64,000 bases of DNA from an uncultured delta proteobacterium (GCA_963727445.1 CAVSGI010000027.1:1-64000), one strand, 5' to 3'; numbered from the stretch's first letter, positions 44,788 through 58,029 are shown. Translations and numbers: made by a program. Notes: a model not told the origin generated them from the sequence alone.

Positions 44788-46899
44788 GTGAGGGTGCCCT
44801 CTACCCGGACGCTGGCCATCGGCTGTGCGCTCCTCGCGACCATGGTCTTGTCGCCCACGGTCTTCGGCGACTGGATCTGGGACGACCATCAGCTCATCGC
44901 GCTCAACCCCCACGTCTCCGAATTCGATCTGTGGTTTCTGATCACGCACCACTTCTGGGACGTCCCCTTCGCGCCGCCGACGTCGATGCTCTACTACCGC
45001 CCGGTTGCGGCCGTCGGATATGCGCTGGTCTACCGCATCGGCGGCGGCGACGTTCTCTACTTCCATCTGCTGAACCTGCTGCTCCATGCGGCGTGCACCG
45101 CCCTGACGGCCACGTGGTTGGCGAGGCGGATCGACGGGGCGAACGACGCCCTCGGGCGCGCCGCGGTCGCGGCCGCCACCCTGGCGTTCGCGCTGCATCC
45201 CGCGCGCGTCCAGTCGGTGGCCTGGGCGAGCGCTTCCACGGACCTCTGGGCCACGCTCTTCATTCTGGTCGGACTCAACATCGCGGCCGGCTCCCGCAGC
45301 GCCGCGTCCCGCGTGGGCGCTGGCGTCGCCTTCGCCTTCGCCATCCTGTCCAAAGAGGTGGCCGTCGTCGCGCCCGTCCTGGTCCTCTTGGACGTGCTCC
45401 TGGTCGAAGGAAGGAAGCCCGAGCGCCTCGAAGTCGCGGGTTTCGCGGCCCCGGCGCTCCTGGCGCTCGGGGTCCGCACGGCGGTGGTCGGTTTTCGCAC
45501 CCGACCGGGAGCGTCCGCCCTCGCCGAGATCCCGCTACGCGCCACCTACAGCGTCGGCCGCTACGTGATGGACACCTTCTACCCGGTCTCGCCCACGGTC
45601 CAGATCAACGCGCCGATGGATCAACTGTGGAACCAAGAGCCCTTCACGGTCGCCACGATGGTGCTCGGCGCGCTGACCGCGGCCGCGCTCCTCGCCCTCG
45701 CGATCGTCTTCTATCGCCGACAGCGCCTTCGGCCGTGGCTCGCCGACCTCGCCTGGCTGGTGCTCCCGCTCCTTCCCGTCTTGAACATCATCGAGATCGG
45801 ACAGGGCGTCACCATCGCCAGCCGCTTGCTCTACCTCCCCCTGCTCGGGCTCACCGCCGCGAGCGCGCGCCTGTTGGTCAGGCTCTTCAACAGCCGTTTT
45901 CGCATCGCGTCCCTTTTGGTCACCGGCGCGGCCATCGTGGGTTGCGCCCTGCTCTCCACCCAGGAGATCGCACACTGGCAAGACGACGTGACCCTCGCGC
46001 GTCACTTGATGAAGCAGCGTCCCGACGATCCCGGCGTGGCGGACAACCTGGCGCGCGTGCTCTTGCGCAAAGGGGAGCTGGTGGAGGCCTACTACATCCT
46101 GTCCGAGCGCCTCGACGCACACGGAGACGCGCAGTCGGGCCAATACGCGGAGGTCACCTGGGCCTACGTCCGCCTGGCGCTGACCAGCGACTACGATCAG
46201 GAACAGCTGACGCGACTGCGCGACTTCTTCGACGAGATCGCGAGCGGTCAGCCGCCATCTCTCACGCTCCCCGAGCGCCGCCTCTCTCCGCGTCTGAGCG
46301 AGCTCGACCGAGGGGAGGTCGTGAACAACCCGACCTACGGGGATTTCTATGGCGCGTGGGGTTGGTCCCACGCACACACCGGCGACCTCCGAAGCGCGAT
46401 TCGCATCTTCGACGAAGCCCCGTCGGTCACGCGCGACAGCGCCAACGGGTGCGACCGCCGGGTTCGCGCGCGCGCCTTCGCGGCCGATTGGGACGGGGCG
46501 CTGGCGCTCCTGGAAGGTTGCGAAGCGCAGTATCCCGACGCGGCGTGGCCGCCGATCCGCGCGGCTCTCGAGCGGGGCCGCGCGTTGTGGGCGACCCCCG
46601 ACGCCGACCGCATCGAAGGCGCGGTCGCTCGGAGCCGGCTCATGAGCGACCTGGGGCTCCCCGCGCTGGGGCGCGCCATCCTCGCCCCCTTCGACGACGC
46701 GGCCGACGTGCGCCTGGTGCACGCCCGCGTCCAGGCGGACATCTCGGACGAGCGCTACGACCTGGCGCTCGAGGAGCTGGACGCGGCCATCGCCCAGATG
46801 CCCGAGGCACGCGCCGAGCTCGAAGCCGCGCGACAGCAAGTCGAGCGCTTCGTTCCTCCGGCCAACCGGCGCCGATCGCCGCCGGTCTGGGAGGACTGA
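44788..46899 (+). CDS. TMTC-like GT-C membrane glycosyltransferase with C-terminal TPR-like region
   Basis: WIWDD, YYRP, FHLLNLLLH, FALHP, LSKE, RLLYLP and WQDD in the expected order, with many TMs. Confidence 0.8.
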   Translation: MRVPSTRTLAIGCALLATMVLSPTVFGDWIWDDHQLIALNPHVSEFDLWFLITHHFWDVPFAPPTSMLYYRPVAAVGYALVYRIGGGDVLYFHLLNLLLHAACTALTATWLARRIDGANDALGRAAVAAATLAFALHPARVQSVAWASASTDLWATLFILVGLNIAAGSRSAASRVGAGVAFAFAILSKEVAVVAPVLVLLDVLLVEGRKPERLEVAGFAAPALLALGVRTAVVGFRTRPGASALAEIPLRATYSVGRYVMDTFYPVSPTVQINAPMDQLWNQEPFTVATMVLGALTAAALLALAIVFYRRQRLRPWLADLAWLVLPLLPVLNIIEIGQGVTIASRLLYLPLLGLTAASARLLVRLFNSRFRIASLLVTGAAIVGCALLSTQEIAHWQDDVTLARHLMKQRPDDPGVADNLARVLLRKGELVEAYYILSERLDAHGDAQSGQYAEVTWAYVRLALTSDYDQEQLTRLRDFFDEIASGQPPSLTLPERRLSPRLSELDRGEVVNNPTYGDFYGAWGWSHAHTGDLRSAIRIFDEAPSVTRDSANGCDRRVRARAFAADWDGALALLEGCEAQYPDAAWPPIRAALERGRALWATPDADRIEGAVARSRLMSDLGLPALGRAILAPFDDAADVRLVHARVQADISDERYDLALEELDAAIAQMPEARAELEAARQQVERFVPPANRRRSPPVWED

Positions 46900-46904
46900 A
46901 CCGC

Positions 46905-47621
46905 TCAGATGCCGCCCAGGTCGACGCGGATACAACGATCGGCGCCGCCAGGATCCATCGCGCAGAACATGTCGGCCTGGGTCTGCTGGTCCTGCGTGGC
47001 CACGAAGACGATCACCGCGACCAGCGCAGCGACGGCCAGACCTCCACCGAGGACGGCCCACACCCAAGGCTTGGCGTACCAGGGATCCGGGGGCGGAGTG
47101 GTCAGCTCTTCCAGCTGCTCCTGGGGCAGCGCTTCGAGCGCGAGGTCGAGCGTGTCGTCCTGACCGGCCACGGCCTGCACCGTCTGCATCATGTCGTGAT
47201 AGCCGAACTTCTTGAGACGGAGCGAGTGCTCCCCTTCGTCCAGCTCGAGCTCCAGCGGCGTCTCGCCCGCGTACTCACCGTCGACGAAGACCTGCACCTC
47301 CTCGGGCGCGGTGTTGATCGTGAGCGCCATCGAGATCGCCATCATCTCGACCACCACCGAGGTCTCCACGCGTGGCCGGATGCGGAAGACGTCGGTGAAC
47401 TCGGTGTAACCGCCGCGCGACACGCGGATGGTGTGGTTGCCGGGCGCGAGCTCGAGCGGATCCATCGGCAACGTGCCCACCAGCTCGGCGTCGATGAAGA
47501 CCTCGGCGCCATCGTAATCGCCCTCGATGACCAGCGTCCCCGGCCTCTGCGCCGCGGCGGTGCTCGAGAACAGGCCGATGGCGAGCGCGAAGAGGAAGCC
47601 CGGAAACGTGCGGGAGATCAC
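46905..47621 (-). CDS. Two-PEGA-domain membrane protein
   Basis: Signal peptide, AEVFID..VGTLP..GNHTIRV, VFVDG..GETP..GEHSL, and PWYAKPWVW before a TM. Confidence 0.88.
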   Translation of the reverse strand: MISRTFPGFLFALAIGLFSSTAAAQRPGTLVIEGDYDGAEVFIDAELVGTLPMDPLELAPGNHTIRVSRGGYTEFTDVFRIRPRVETSVVVEMMAISMALTINTAPEEVQVFVDGEYAGETPLELELDEGEHSLRLKKFGYHDMMQTVQAVAGQDDTLDLALEALPQEQLEELTTPPPDPWYAKPWVWAVLGGGLAVAALVAVIVFVATQDQQTQADMFCAMDPGGADRCIRVDLGGI

Positions 47622-47652
47622 GGGTTCTAGGATACGGAGGCCACGGCGGAGG

Positions 47653-48477
47653 TCAACGATGGGCCGCCCTCAGGGCCCGATACTCCGTGAGCCGGGCGCG
47701 ATACCGGCGCGGATCTCGGGCCACCTCTACCGCCCGGACGAAGGCCTGCTCCGCTTCGTCGGGGCGCCCGAGCTCGTGAAGGAGGATCCCGCGGCCCACG
47801 TGCGCCGGCGCGAAGTTCTCCCAACGCGCCACCACCCGGTCGTAGATCCGAAGCGCCTCTTCGTGACGGCCGGCGTTGATCAAGAGGGCCGCGAGGCCGA
47901 GATAGAGGCCGCGGTGCTCGGGATGCTTCGACAGGCCGTCGCGAAACGTGACCTCGGCTTTTCGCAGGTTCCCCGCCTGATAGTAGGCGAGCGCCAATGC
48001 GTTCCAGCTCTCGGCGTGGCCGGGCCCGAGCTCGACCGCCCGGGTCAGCGGGGCGATCGCCGCCTCGGGCTCTCCCCAACGCAGAAGGCGTGTCCCGAGG
48101 ACGCGATGGGGTCGGGGATCGTCGGGCGCCAGCTGCGTCGCCTGCCGATACGCGAGGGTCGCTTCGTCGTAGCGCCGCTGCAGCTCCCAGGTGAAACCGA
48201 TGCGGATGCGGGGAATGGGATCGTCGGGCCGGAGCGCCGCCACCCGTTCCCAGGCCTCACGCGCCCGGTGGGGTCGCTCGGCGTGGCTCTCCGCGTCCGC
48301 CAGCTTCACCCAGAGCGCCACGTCCTCGGGGCTGGCTTCCGCCGCCGCCCGATATTCGCGCGCGGCATCCTCGAAGCGCCCATCGTCCATGGCGCGGTTT
48401 CCCCGGGCCACCGGCCCGAGGGCGCACCCCGAGAGGACCAGCGACAGGGCGGCGGCCAACAAGCTGAGAGCCCGCAC
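47653..48477 (-). CDS. TPR-repeat lipoprotein
   Basis: LSGC lipobox and several TPR units (AVELGPGHAESWNALALAYYQAG). Confidence 0.85.
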   Translation of the reverse strand: MRALSLLAAALSLVLSGCALGPVARGNRAMDDGRFEDAAREYRAAAEASPEDVALWVKLADAESHAERPHRAREAWERVAALRPDDPIPRIRIGFTWELQRRYDEATLAYRQATQLAPDDPRPHRVLGTRLLRWGEPEAAIAPLTRAVELGPGHAESWNALALAYYQAGNLRKAEVTFRDGLSKHPEHRGLYLGLAALLINAGRHEEALRIYDRVVARWENFAPAHVGRGILLHELGRPDEAEQAFVRAVEVARDPRRYRARLTEYRALRAAHR

Positions 48478-48513
48478 TTGACGTCGGGTGCGCCGTTGCC
48501 GAGGATGCCGACG

Positions 48514-48794
48514 ATGACGCGCGACGTGCTTCGCGAAGTCCTCGACGCTGCCGATGGTGTCGAGGCAAACGCTGATTCGTTCGAGGTGGGTGAGGGGCAC
48601 CACGTGACCTTCTACGTCGGACAGCCGGGGCAGGCCATGGTCGTTGGCGACGTTGCGGGTGGCAAGCTCAAGGAAGGTTTCGTCGAGCTCCATACGCGTG
48701 AGACGAAGACCACGACCTTCCTGGACTACGACGCAATTCACGGCGTCGCCACCCGGCCGCCGAAAGAAGAGGAGAAACGTCGCGCCGGGTTTGC

Positions 48795-48798
<4 letters not shown>
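48514..48798 (+). CDS. Small hypothetical protein coupled to pilR
   Basis: 94 aa ending RRAGFA. Stop overlaps the next ATG (ATGA). Confidence 0.7.
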
Positions 48799-50180
<1,382 letters not shown>

Positions 50181-50251
50181 CCCGTCACGGCCCCGTGGTA
50201 GACTGAGCGCTGGCCCCGACATTGCATCGTCGCCGGTCGTCCAGAGGTAAC

Positions 50252-50779
50252 ATGCTGCGTCCCCGCCCTCGCTACGCCGGATTCACGCTCATCGAGTTGA
50301 TGATCGTGGTGGCCATCATCGGCGTTCTCTCCGCCATCGCGATCCCCTCCTTTCGCGCGTACATGATGAAGGCGAAGGTGACAGAGGCGACGACGTTCCT
50401 CGGGGAGATCAAGCAGCGCCAGGAGACCTACCGGGCGGAATTCGGCCAGTACTGCGCCGTGAGCGGGACCACCTCCATCACCGCCTACAATCCCACCGCC
50501 GTCCCCTCCGCCGGCATTCCGGTCGGATGGCCCGCGTCGACCGCGTGGTCTGCCCTGGGCGCCGCCCCGGACGGAGACGTGCGCTTTCGCTATGCGACGA
50601 TCGCCGGAAACCCAGGCTCTGTCCCGGCCTTTGGAAGCGGGCTCGGCTTCACAGGCAACGACTTCTGGTTCGTCTCCCAGGCCCAGGCCGACCTCGATGG
50701 AGACGGCACGAACCTCACGGTGGAGTCCTACTCCGAGAGCAGCGGGGTCTACGTGTCGGCGCCCGCCGGCTGGGAGTGA
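50252..50779 (+). CDS. Type IV pilin-like protein
   Basis: Class III signal [18 protein letters not shown]-terminal ADLDGDG and a GAGG RBS. Confidence 0.92.
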   Translation: MLRPRPRYAGFTLIELMIVVAIIGVLSAIAIPSFRAYMMKAKVTEATTFLGEIKQRQETYRAEFGQYCAVSGTTSITAYNPTAVPSAGIPVGWPASTAWSALGAAPDGDVRFRYATIAGNPGSVPAFGSGLGFTGNDFWFVSQAQADLDGDGTNLTVESYSESSGVYVSAPAGWE

Positions 50780-50781
50780 TG

Positions 50782-50830
50782 GGTGACGAAAATCGTCACC
50801 CATGCCCGGCGAAAGTGACGACGGGCGTCA
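50782..50830. promoter_or_regulatory. Paired enhancer-like palindromes (probable PilR binding sites)
   Basis: TGACG-N5-CGTCA at 50784-50798 and 50816-50830, 32 bp apart, upstream of the sigma-54 site. Confidence 0.7.
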
Positions 50831-50879
50831 GGAAGTGGCCGCGAGCCGCCGGATCAGGGGAAGATTTCCGTGACATGAC

Positions 50880-50895
50880 GGGCACGGCGATTGCA
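50880..50895 (+). promoter_or_regulatory. Sigma-54 (-24/-12) promoter of pilA
   Basis: GGGCACGGCGATTGCA against consensus TGGCACG-N4-TTGCW. Confidence 0.88.
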
Positions 50896-50961
50896 GAATC
50901 CCGTCGATGCGGGGTGCCCGCAAACAGGTCTTTTGGGGGAACAAAGGGAGAACAGCGAACA

Positions 50962-51528
50962 ATGCGCAAGCTCATGAGAAAGAAAGCGGGTTTCACGCTC
51001 ATCGAGCTGATGATCGTCGTCGCCATCATCGGCATCCTGGCCGCCATCGCGCTGCCGGCCTTCATCGGCTACGTGCGTAGGTCGAAGACCTCCGAGGCGA
51101 CGAGCAACCTGAAGTCGCTCTTCACGGGCGCGACCAGCTACTACAACCAGGAGCGTTCGGCGCGCGGGCTTTCGGCGTCGACCTCGGGCTTCTGCACCGT
51201 GTCCGCGTCTGGCGGCGTCGTCCCGGCCACCGTTCCGATAGGCGTGAAGACGGTCAACGACTACAGCACGAATGGGTCCTTCCGCGACCTCGGCTTCTCC
51301 ATCGCCGACCCGCACTACTTCTCGTACGGCATCGCCGTCTCGAGCGCCGCTTGCGGCGTCACCGCACCGGGCGGCGTCTACTCGTTCTCGGCGGTCGGCG
51401 ACCTCGATGGCGACGCCGCCGGAAGCGTGGGAGCGAACACCAGCCTCTTCGAGCTAGCAGTCGGGATCAACTCCAACAAGGAGATGTACCGAGCGCGCGG
51501 TTTCTACGTCACCGCTGAGCTCGAGTAA
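50962..51528 (+). CDS. pilA: Major type IVa pilin
   Basis: [32 protein letters not shown]...RSKTSEA. Has its own sigma-54 promoter, AAGGGAG RBS and downstream terminator. Confidence 0.9.
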   Translation: MRKLMRKKAGFTLIELMIVVAIIGILAAIALPAFIGYVRRSKTSEATSNLKSLFTGATSYYNQERSARGLSASTSGFCTVSASGGVVPATVPIGVKTVNDYSTNGSFRDLGFSIADPHYFSYGIAVSSAACGVTAPGGVYSFSAVGDLDGDAAGSVGANTSLFELAVGINSNKEMYRARGFYVTAELE

Positions 51529-51560
51529 CTTCGAGCGCACCCGGACGCAGCAAGACAGTC

Positions 51561-52157
51561 ATGTCGAACGCCAAGACTCCTCATGCCGAACGGTGTGGGG
51601 AGTCTTTTCCTTTTGGTCGTGGGCGCCACCGCCGCTCTGGGTTCACCCTCATCGAGCTGATGATCGTGGTTGCGATCATCGGGATTCTAGCCGCCATAGC
51701 CCTGCCGGCGTTTCGCAGCTACATCCTGCGCTCCAAGACCTCCGAGGCCACGGCCAACCTCAAGCAGCTCTTCCAGGGGGCGGCGACGTACTACGTATCC
51801 GAGCGCGCCGGCCAGGGGATCTCCTCGTCGGTGTCGGGAAGCTGCACCGTCGGCTCGACGAGCGGAACGCTCCCGGCGACGCCGACGTCACAGAAGCAGC
51901 TCGTGAACTTCACCACCGAGGCCAACTTCCAGGATCTCACCTTCAGCGTGGCCGACCCGGTGTTCTTCGCATATGGCATCAACTCGGCCGGCTCCGCCTG
52001 CAACAACTCCGCCAGCACACCCCTGTACTCGTTCCGTGCCGTGGGCGATCTGGACGGAGACGGCGCCACCAGCCTCTTCGAGCTCGCCGCGGGCAGCAAC
52101 TCCAGCAACGAGCTCTACCGCGCCCGCGGCTTCTACGTCTCGAACGAGCTCGAATAG
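51561..52157 (+). CDS. Second PilA paralogue; translation start doubtful
   Basis: [25 protein letters not shown]...RSKTSEA and C-terminus [22 protein letters not shown] closely match pilA. Confidence 0.85.
   Translation: MSNAKTPHAERCGESFPFGRGRHRRSGFTLIELMIVVAIIGILAAIALPAFRSYILRSKTSEATANLKQLFQGAATYYVSERAGQGISSSVSGSCTVGSTSGTLPATPTSQKQLVNFTTEANFQDLTFSVADPVFFAYGINSAGSACNNSASTPLYSFRAVGDLDGDGATSLFELAAGSNSSNELYRARGFYVSNELE
51573..51614 (+). terminator. Intrinsic terminator after pilA
   Basis: AAGACTCCTCATGCC-GAAC-GGTGTGGGGAGTCTT followed by TTCCTTTT; a 15-bp stem with G-U pairs. Confidence 0.85.
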
Positions 52158-52259
52158 TCCAGGCAGAGAGCGAATGCTAGTGCCTGGTCCAATGACGTAG
52201 AAGGGTTCTCGCTCGTTCGTCGGCCACCCCCAGCCGCTGGGGCTCGGCTTGGAGGAGAG

Positions 52260-52775
52260 ATGAGGCAGCGCAGTCCCCACGAGTCTCCTGGTTCGCCGAT
52301 CGCCAGGACGCGCGCGTTCATTCGTGCGATCCGTGAGGAACGGGATCTGGCGGGGGGACTCATCGCAGGGCTCGTTGTGACGTTCATGCTGCTCTCTGCC
52401 CTCTTGCCTGTCTCGTCGACGGTGCGGGACGTCGGGCTCGCGCGCTTCCATCGAAAGCTCCCCTTCGAGCTCTGGGCGACGCTGCAGCCGTGGCCCGCGA
52501 TGTACAACTTCGAGAACGTCGTCTACATGGGCGCGACGCCGGATCCGCGCATTGCTCCGGCGCACCTGCAACCACCGTTGGTGGTCAACCACCACAGCAC
52601 CGAGCGCGTTACGACCATCCTGCGGGACAATCCACCTCGACCAGGGACCGGCTGCGGCTTCTTCCTCCTCGTCAGCAGCTACGAGGGTCAGGAGATGAGG
52701 ACGGCCTACGTCGCCTGTCCGGTCTCCGAGAGCGAGTACAGGATGGAGGAATTCGTCGGTGAGGCCCGGCCTTGA
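52260..52775 (+). CDS. Hypothetical single-TM protein, SdpA/DUF5819-like candidate
   Basis: GGAG RBS, one TM and LQPWPAMYNF. Stop overlaps the next gene. Confidence 0.6.
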   Translation: MRQRSPHESPGSPIARTRAFIRAIREERDLAGGLIAGLVVTFMLLSALLPVSSTVRDVGLARFHRKLPFELWATLQPWPAMYNFENVVYMGATPDPRIAPAHLQPPLVVNHHSTERVTTILRDNPPRPGTGCGFFLLVSSYEGQEMRTAYVACPVSESEYRMEEFVGEARP

Positions 52776-53638
52776 CTCGACTTCGGCCGGAGGTGCGCCT
52801 CGCCTATCGTGTGGTCGCCGCCTCTACCATCGCGGCGTGGTGGGCCCGTGGGACGACGGTGGTGCAGTGGTATCAGGCGCACCTCTCGCGCGTTCACGTC
52901 AGCGATGACTACTTTCCGCCCTGGCTCACCGACGCGCACGTCCTGCCGTGGCTCTACCTCTTGCCCACCTTCATCGGCCTCGTGGGCCTCGCGTTTCCCT
53001 TGCGCGCGATCGCAACCGCCCACGCACTGAGCCTCGTCGTCTGCTCCTTCACGATGCTCATCCATCAGGTGTCGCTCGCGTTTCAGGGTGCGAATACGTC
53101 GCTTTGGGCCGGCGTCTTCCTTCTCTGGCTCTGCGCTCGAGCAGACGCCGAGGAAGTCAGCTTTCGCCTACGGGCCGCCTTCATCCTGCAGCTCATCGTG
53201 GGAATGGTTTTCCTGGGTGGCGCTGCCGGGAAGTGGACCGCCGGATACTGGAACGGCGAAGTCCTCTTTCACCTGATGTTCATGTATCAGGACTCCCCCA
53301 AGTGGGTGTGGCTCCGTGAGAGCTTCGACCTCGAGACGCTTCGCGAGGCGGCAATCTACTACAGCCGCGCCGTCGTCATTGGAGAGACCCTGATGGCGAC
53401 CGTTCCACTTTGGCCGGCAGCGTGGGCCTTTCGAGGGGCGACACTGGGAGTGCTCTGTATGTGGGCCGGGGCCACCCCCCGCGTCTTCGACGCTCTCGGG
53501 CCGGTACTGGGGCTCTGCATTGCCGGCTGGCTTCTGACCAGGCCACCAAACGCGAAGCCCCTGCCGCGCCAAGAGACCTTTGATGGCACGCCAGCATCGT
53601 CCGAAGCAGGGGATGCACATCCGTTGCCGCGACAATGA
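52772..53638 (+). CDS. Polytopic membrane protein, HTTM/SdpB-like candidate
   Basis: About 7 TMs. LQLIVGMVFLGGAAGKWTAGYWNGE resembles the HTTM Y..AG..K....W..G motif. Confidence 0.6.
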   Translation: MTRLRPEVRLAYRVVAASTIAAWWARGTTVVQWYQAHLSRVHVSDDYFPPWLTDAHVLPWLYLLPTFIGLVGLAFPLRAIATAHALSLVVCSFTMLIHQVSLAFQGANTSLWAGVFLLWLCARADAEEVSFRLRAAFILQLIVGMVFLGGAAGKWTAGYWNGEVLFHLMFMYQDSPKWVWLRESFDLETLREAAIYYSRAVVIGETLMATVPLWPAAWAFRGATLGVLCMWAGATPRVFDALGPVLGLCIAGWLLTRPPNAKPLPRQETFDGTPASSEAGDAHPLPRQ

Positions 53639-53821
53639 GTCCGGCGCTAATGAACGACCACGATTGTGGGACGGAGGATCGCGAAGGATGCGGCGTCGCT
53701 CGGAGGGAGGGCCGACGAAGGACGGCCGATCGGCCATTCGAGGAGGACCCGACGCGGCGAGCGGCGTCGCAGACGAGCGAGGAACGTTCCAGAATCGTGG
53801 TCGTTCATTTAGTCTCCGCTC

Positions 53822-54688
53822 ATGACGCGCTCGGCGGCCCTCCTCTCCGCGCTTGTCCTCGTCGGGGCGGGGGCGGGCGCGAACGCGCTGAGATGGCGCG
53901 CTCAGCAACACTTCCGGGACACGCAGCGCTACGAAGACATCTACTACGTTCCCCCTGATGCCTGGCTGCCTGTCTTCTCCCTGGGCTACGACCGGGCGCT
54001 GGCCGATCTTCTCTGGATGCGCGCGCTCGTCTACTTCGGCGACGAGCTCGTGCATCGCGGGCAAGTCCGTCACGTCTTCGACTATGCGAACGCCATCCTG
54101 ACCCTCGACCCGGACTTCGAACGCGTCTATCGCTGGGCCGGAACCGCAGGGATGTATCGGCCGCAGGCGACGTCGCTCGACGACATGTACGAAGCGGTGG
54201 ACTTCCTCCGCCGCGGCGTCGACCGCTTCCCAGACGATGGCGACCTGGCCTGGGATCTCGGCGCGAGTCTGGCCTTCGAGCTCGTACCCCTCGTCGACGA
54301 CCCACGCGAGAAGGAACGCCTTCGCGCAGCGGGCGTCGAGCACATGCAGACGGCCGCGCTCCTCGGCGCCGGACCGGACTGGTTGGCGCTGACCAACGCG
54401 ACGCAGCTCCGCCGGCTCGGCCAGACCGAACAGGCGATCCATCACCTCGAGGAGATGTACGGCATCGTCTCCGATCCTGACATCAAGCGTCAGATCGAGC
54501 TCGAGATCGCCAACCTCCGCGGGCAGGCGCACGCCGACGCGATGCGAGAGACGGCTCGCGAGCTGGACGAGCGTCATCGCCGGGAGTTTCCCTACCTGCC
54601 CGAGACGCTCTATCTCCTGATCGGACCGCGTCCCGTCGTCGACCCGGACGCGCCCTATTTCGACGACGCGCCCGCGCCGGGCCTTTGA
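53822..54688 (+). CDS. TPR-like pilus accessory protein (Myxococcus PilG / Geobacter XapA-like)
   Basis: N-terminal TM, ADLLWMRALVYFG, LDPDFERVY and a position downstream of pilA. Confidence 0.65.
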   Translation: MTRSAALLSALVLVGAGAGANALRWRAQQHFRDTQRYEDIYYVPPDAWLPVFSLGYDRALADLLWMRALVYFGDELVHRGQVRHVFDYANAILTLDPDFERVYRWAGTAGMYRPQATSLDDMYEAVDFLRRGVDRFPDDGDLAWDLGASLAFELVPLVDDPREKERLRAAGVEHMQTAALLGAGPDWLALTNATQLRRLGQTEQAIHHLEEMYGIVSDPDIKRQIELEIANLRGQAHADAMRETARELDERHRREFPYLPETLYLLIGPRPVVDPDAPYFDDAPAPGL

Positions 54689-54720
54689 CCAGGCCGATCC
54701 GAGGGATCATGCTCGCGCCG

Positions 54721-55278
54721 ATGGAGCCTCGGTCAAGGCGCGCGGGCGTCACGCTCGTGGAGGCGGCCCTCGTGGTCTGTGTGGTCGGCGTCGTGCTCGC
54801 GGTCTTCGTGCCGACCTTCATCCGCGAGCTCCGCACGAGCAAGGTATCCGAGGCGTCCATGGAGCTGTCAGCGCTGCATCGTGCGTCCGCGGCGTACTAT
54901 GCTGCCCGTCACGAGGCGCAGGATGGCGGCCGCCGCCGCACGCGCTGCCTGCCGCCGATGGCCGGTCCCCTCCCGGCCGAGCCCTCGGTCGATCCCGTGG
55001 AGGTCGACCTCTCGGACGAGTCGCTGCCGGGACGCGAGACCTTCCAGGCGCTCGGATGGGCGCCGCAGCATGGCCTGCGCTATCGCTACTCGTTCCTCCC
55101 GGTGAAAGACGGCTGCGACCTGTTGCCCCAGGCGGGGCGGGCGCTCGTCACGCTGCGAGCGGAGGGCGACCTCGACGGTGACGGCAAGCTCTCCCTCTTC
55201 GAGCGCCAGGCCACGGCGAACGAGGAAGGCGAGCTCGTCCCCACGGGCGTCCTCCGCGTCCGCGACCGAACCGAGTGA
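54721..55278 (+). CDS. Divergent pilin-like protein
   Basis: RRAG|VTLVEAALVVCVVGVVLAVFVPTF...SKVSEA, two Cys and GDLDGDG. Start could be 54685, 54709 or 54721. Confidence 0.85.
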   Translation: MEPRSRRAGVTLVEAALVVCVVGVVLAVFVPTFIRELRTSKVSEASMELSALHRASAAYYAARHEAQDGGRRRTRCLPPMAGPLPAEPSVDPVEVDLSDESLPGRETFQALGWAPQHGLRYRYSFLPVKDGCDLLPQAGRALVTLRAEGDLDGDGKLSLFERQATANEEGELVPTGVLRVRDRTE

Positions 55279-55303
55279 CATTCCAGCTTCCGCTGGCGTG
55301 AAT

Positions 55304-58029
<2,726 letters not shown>

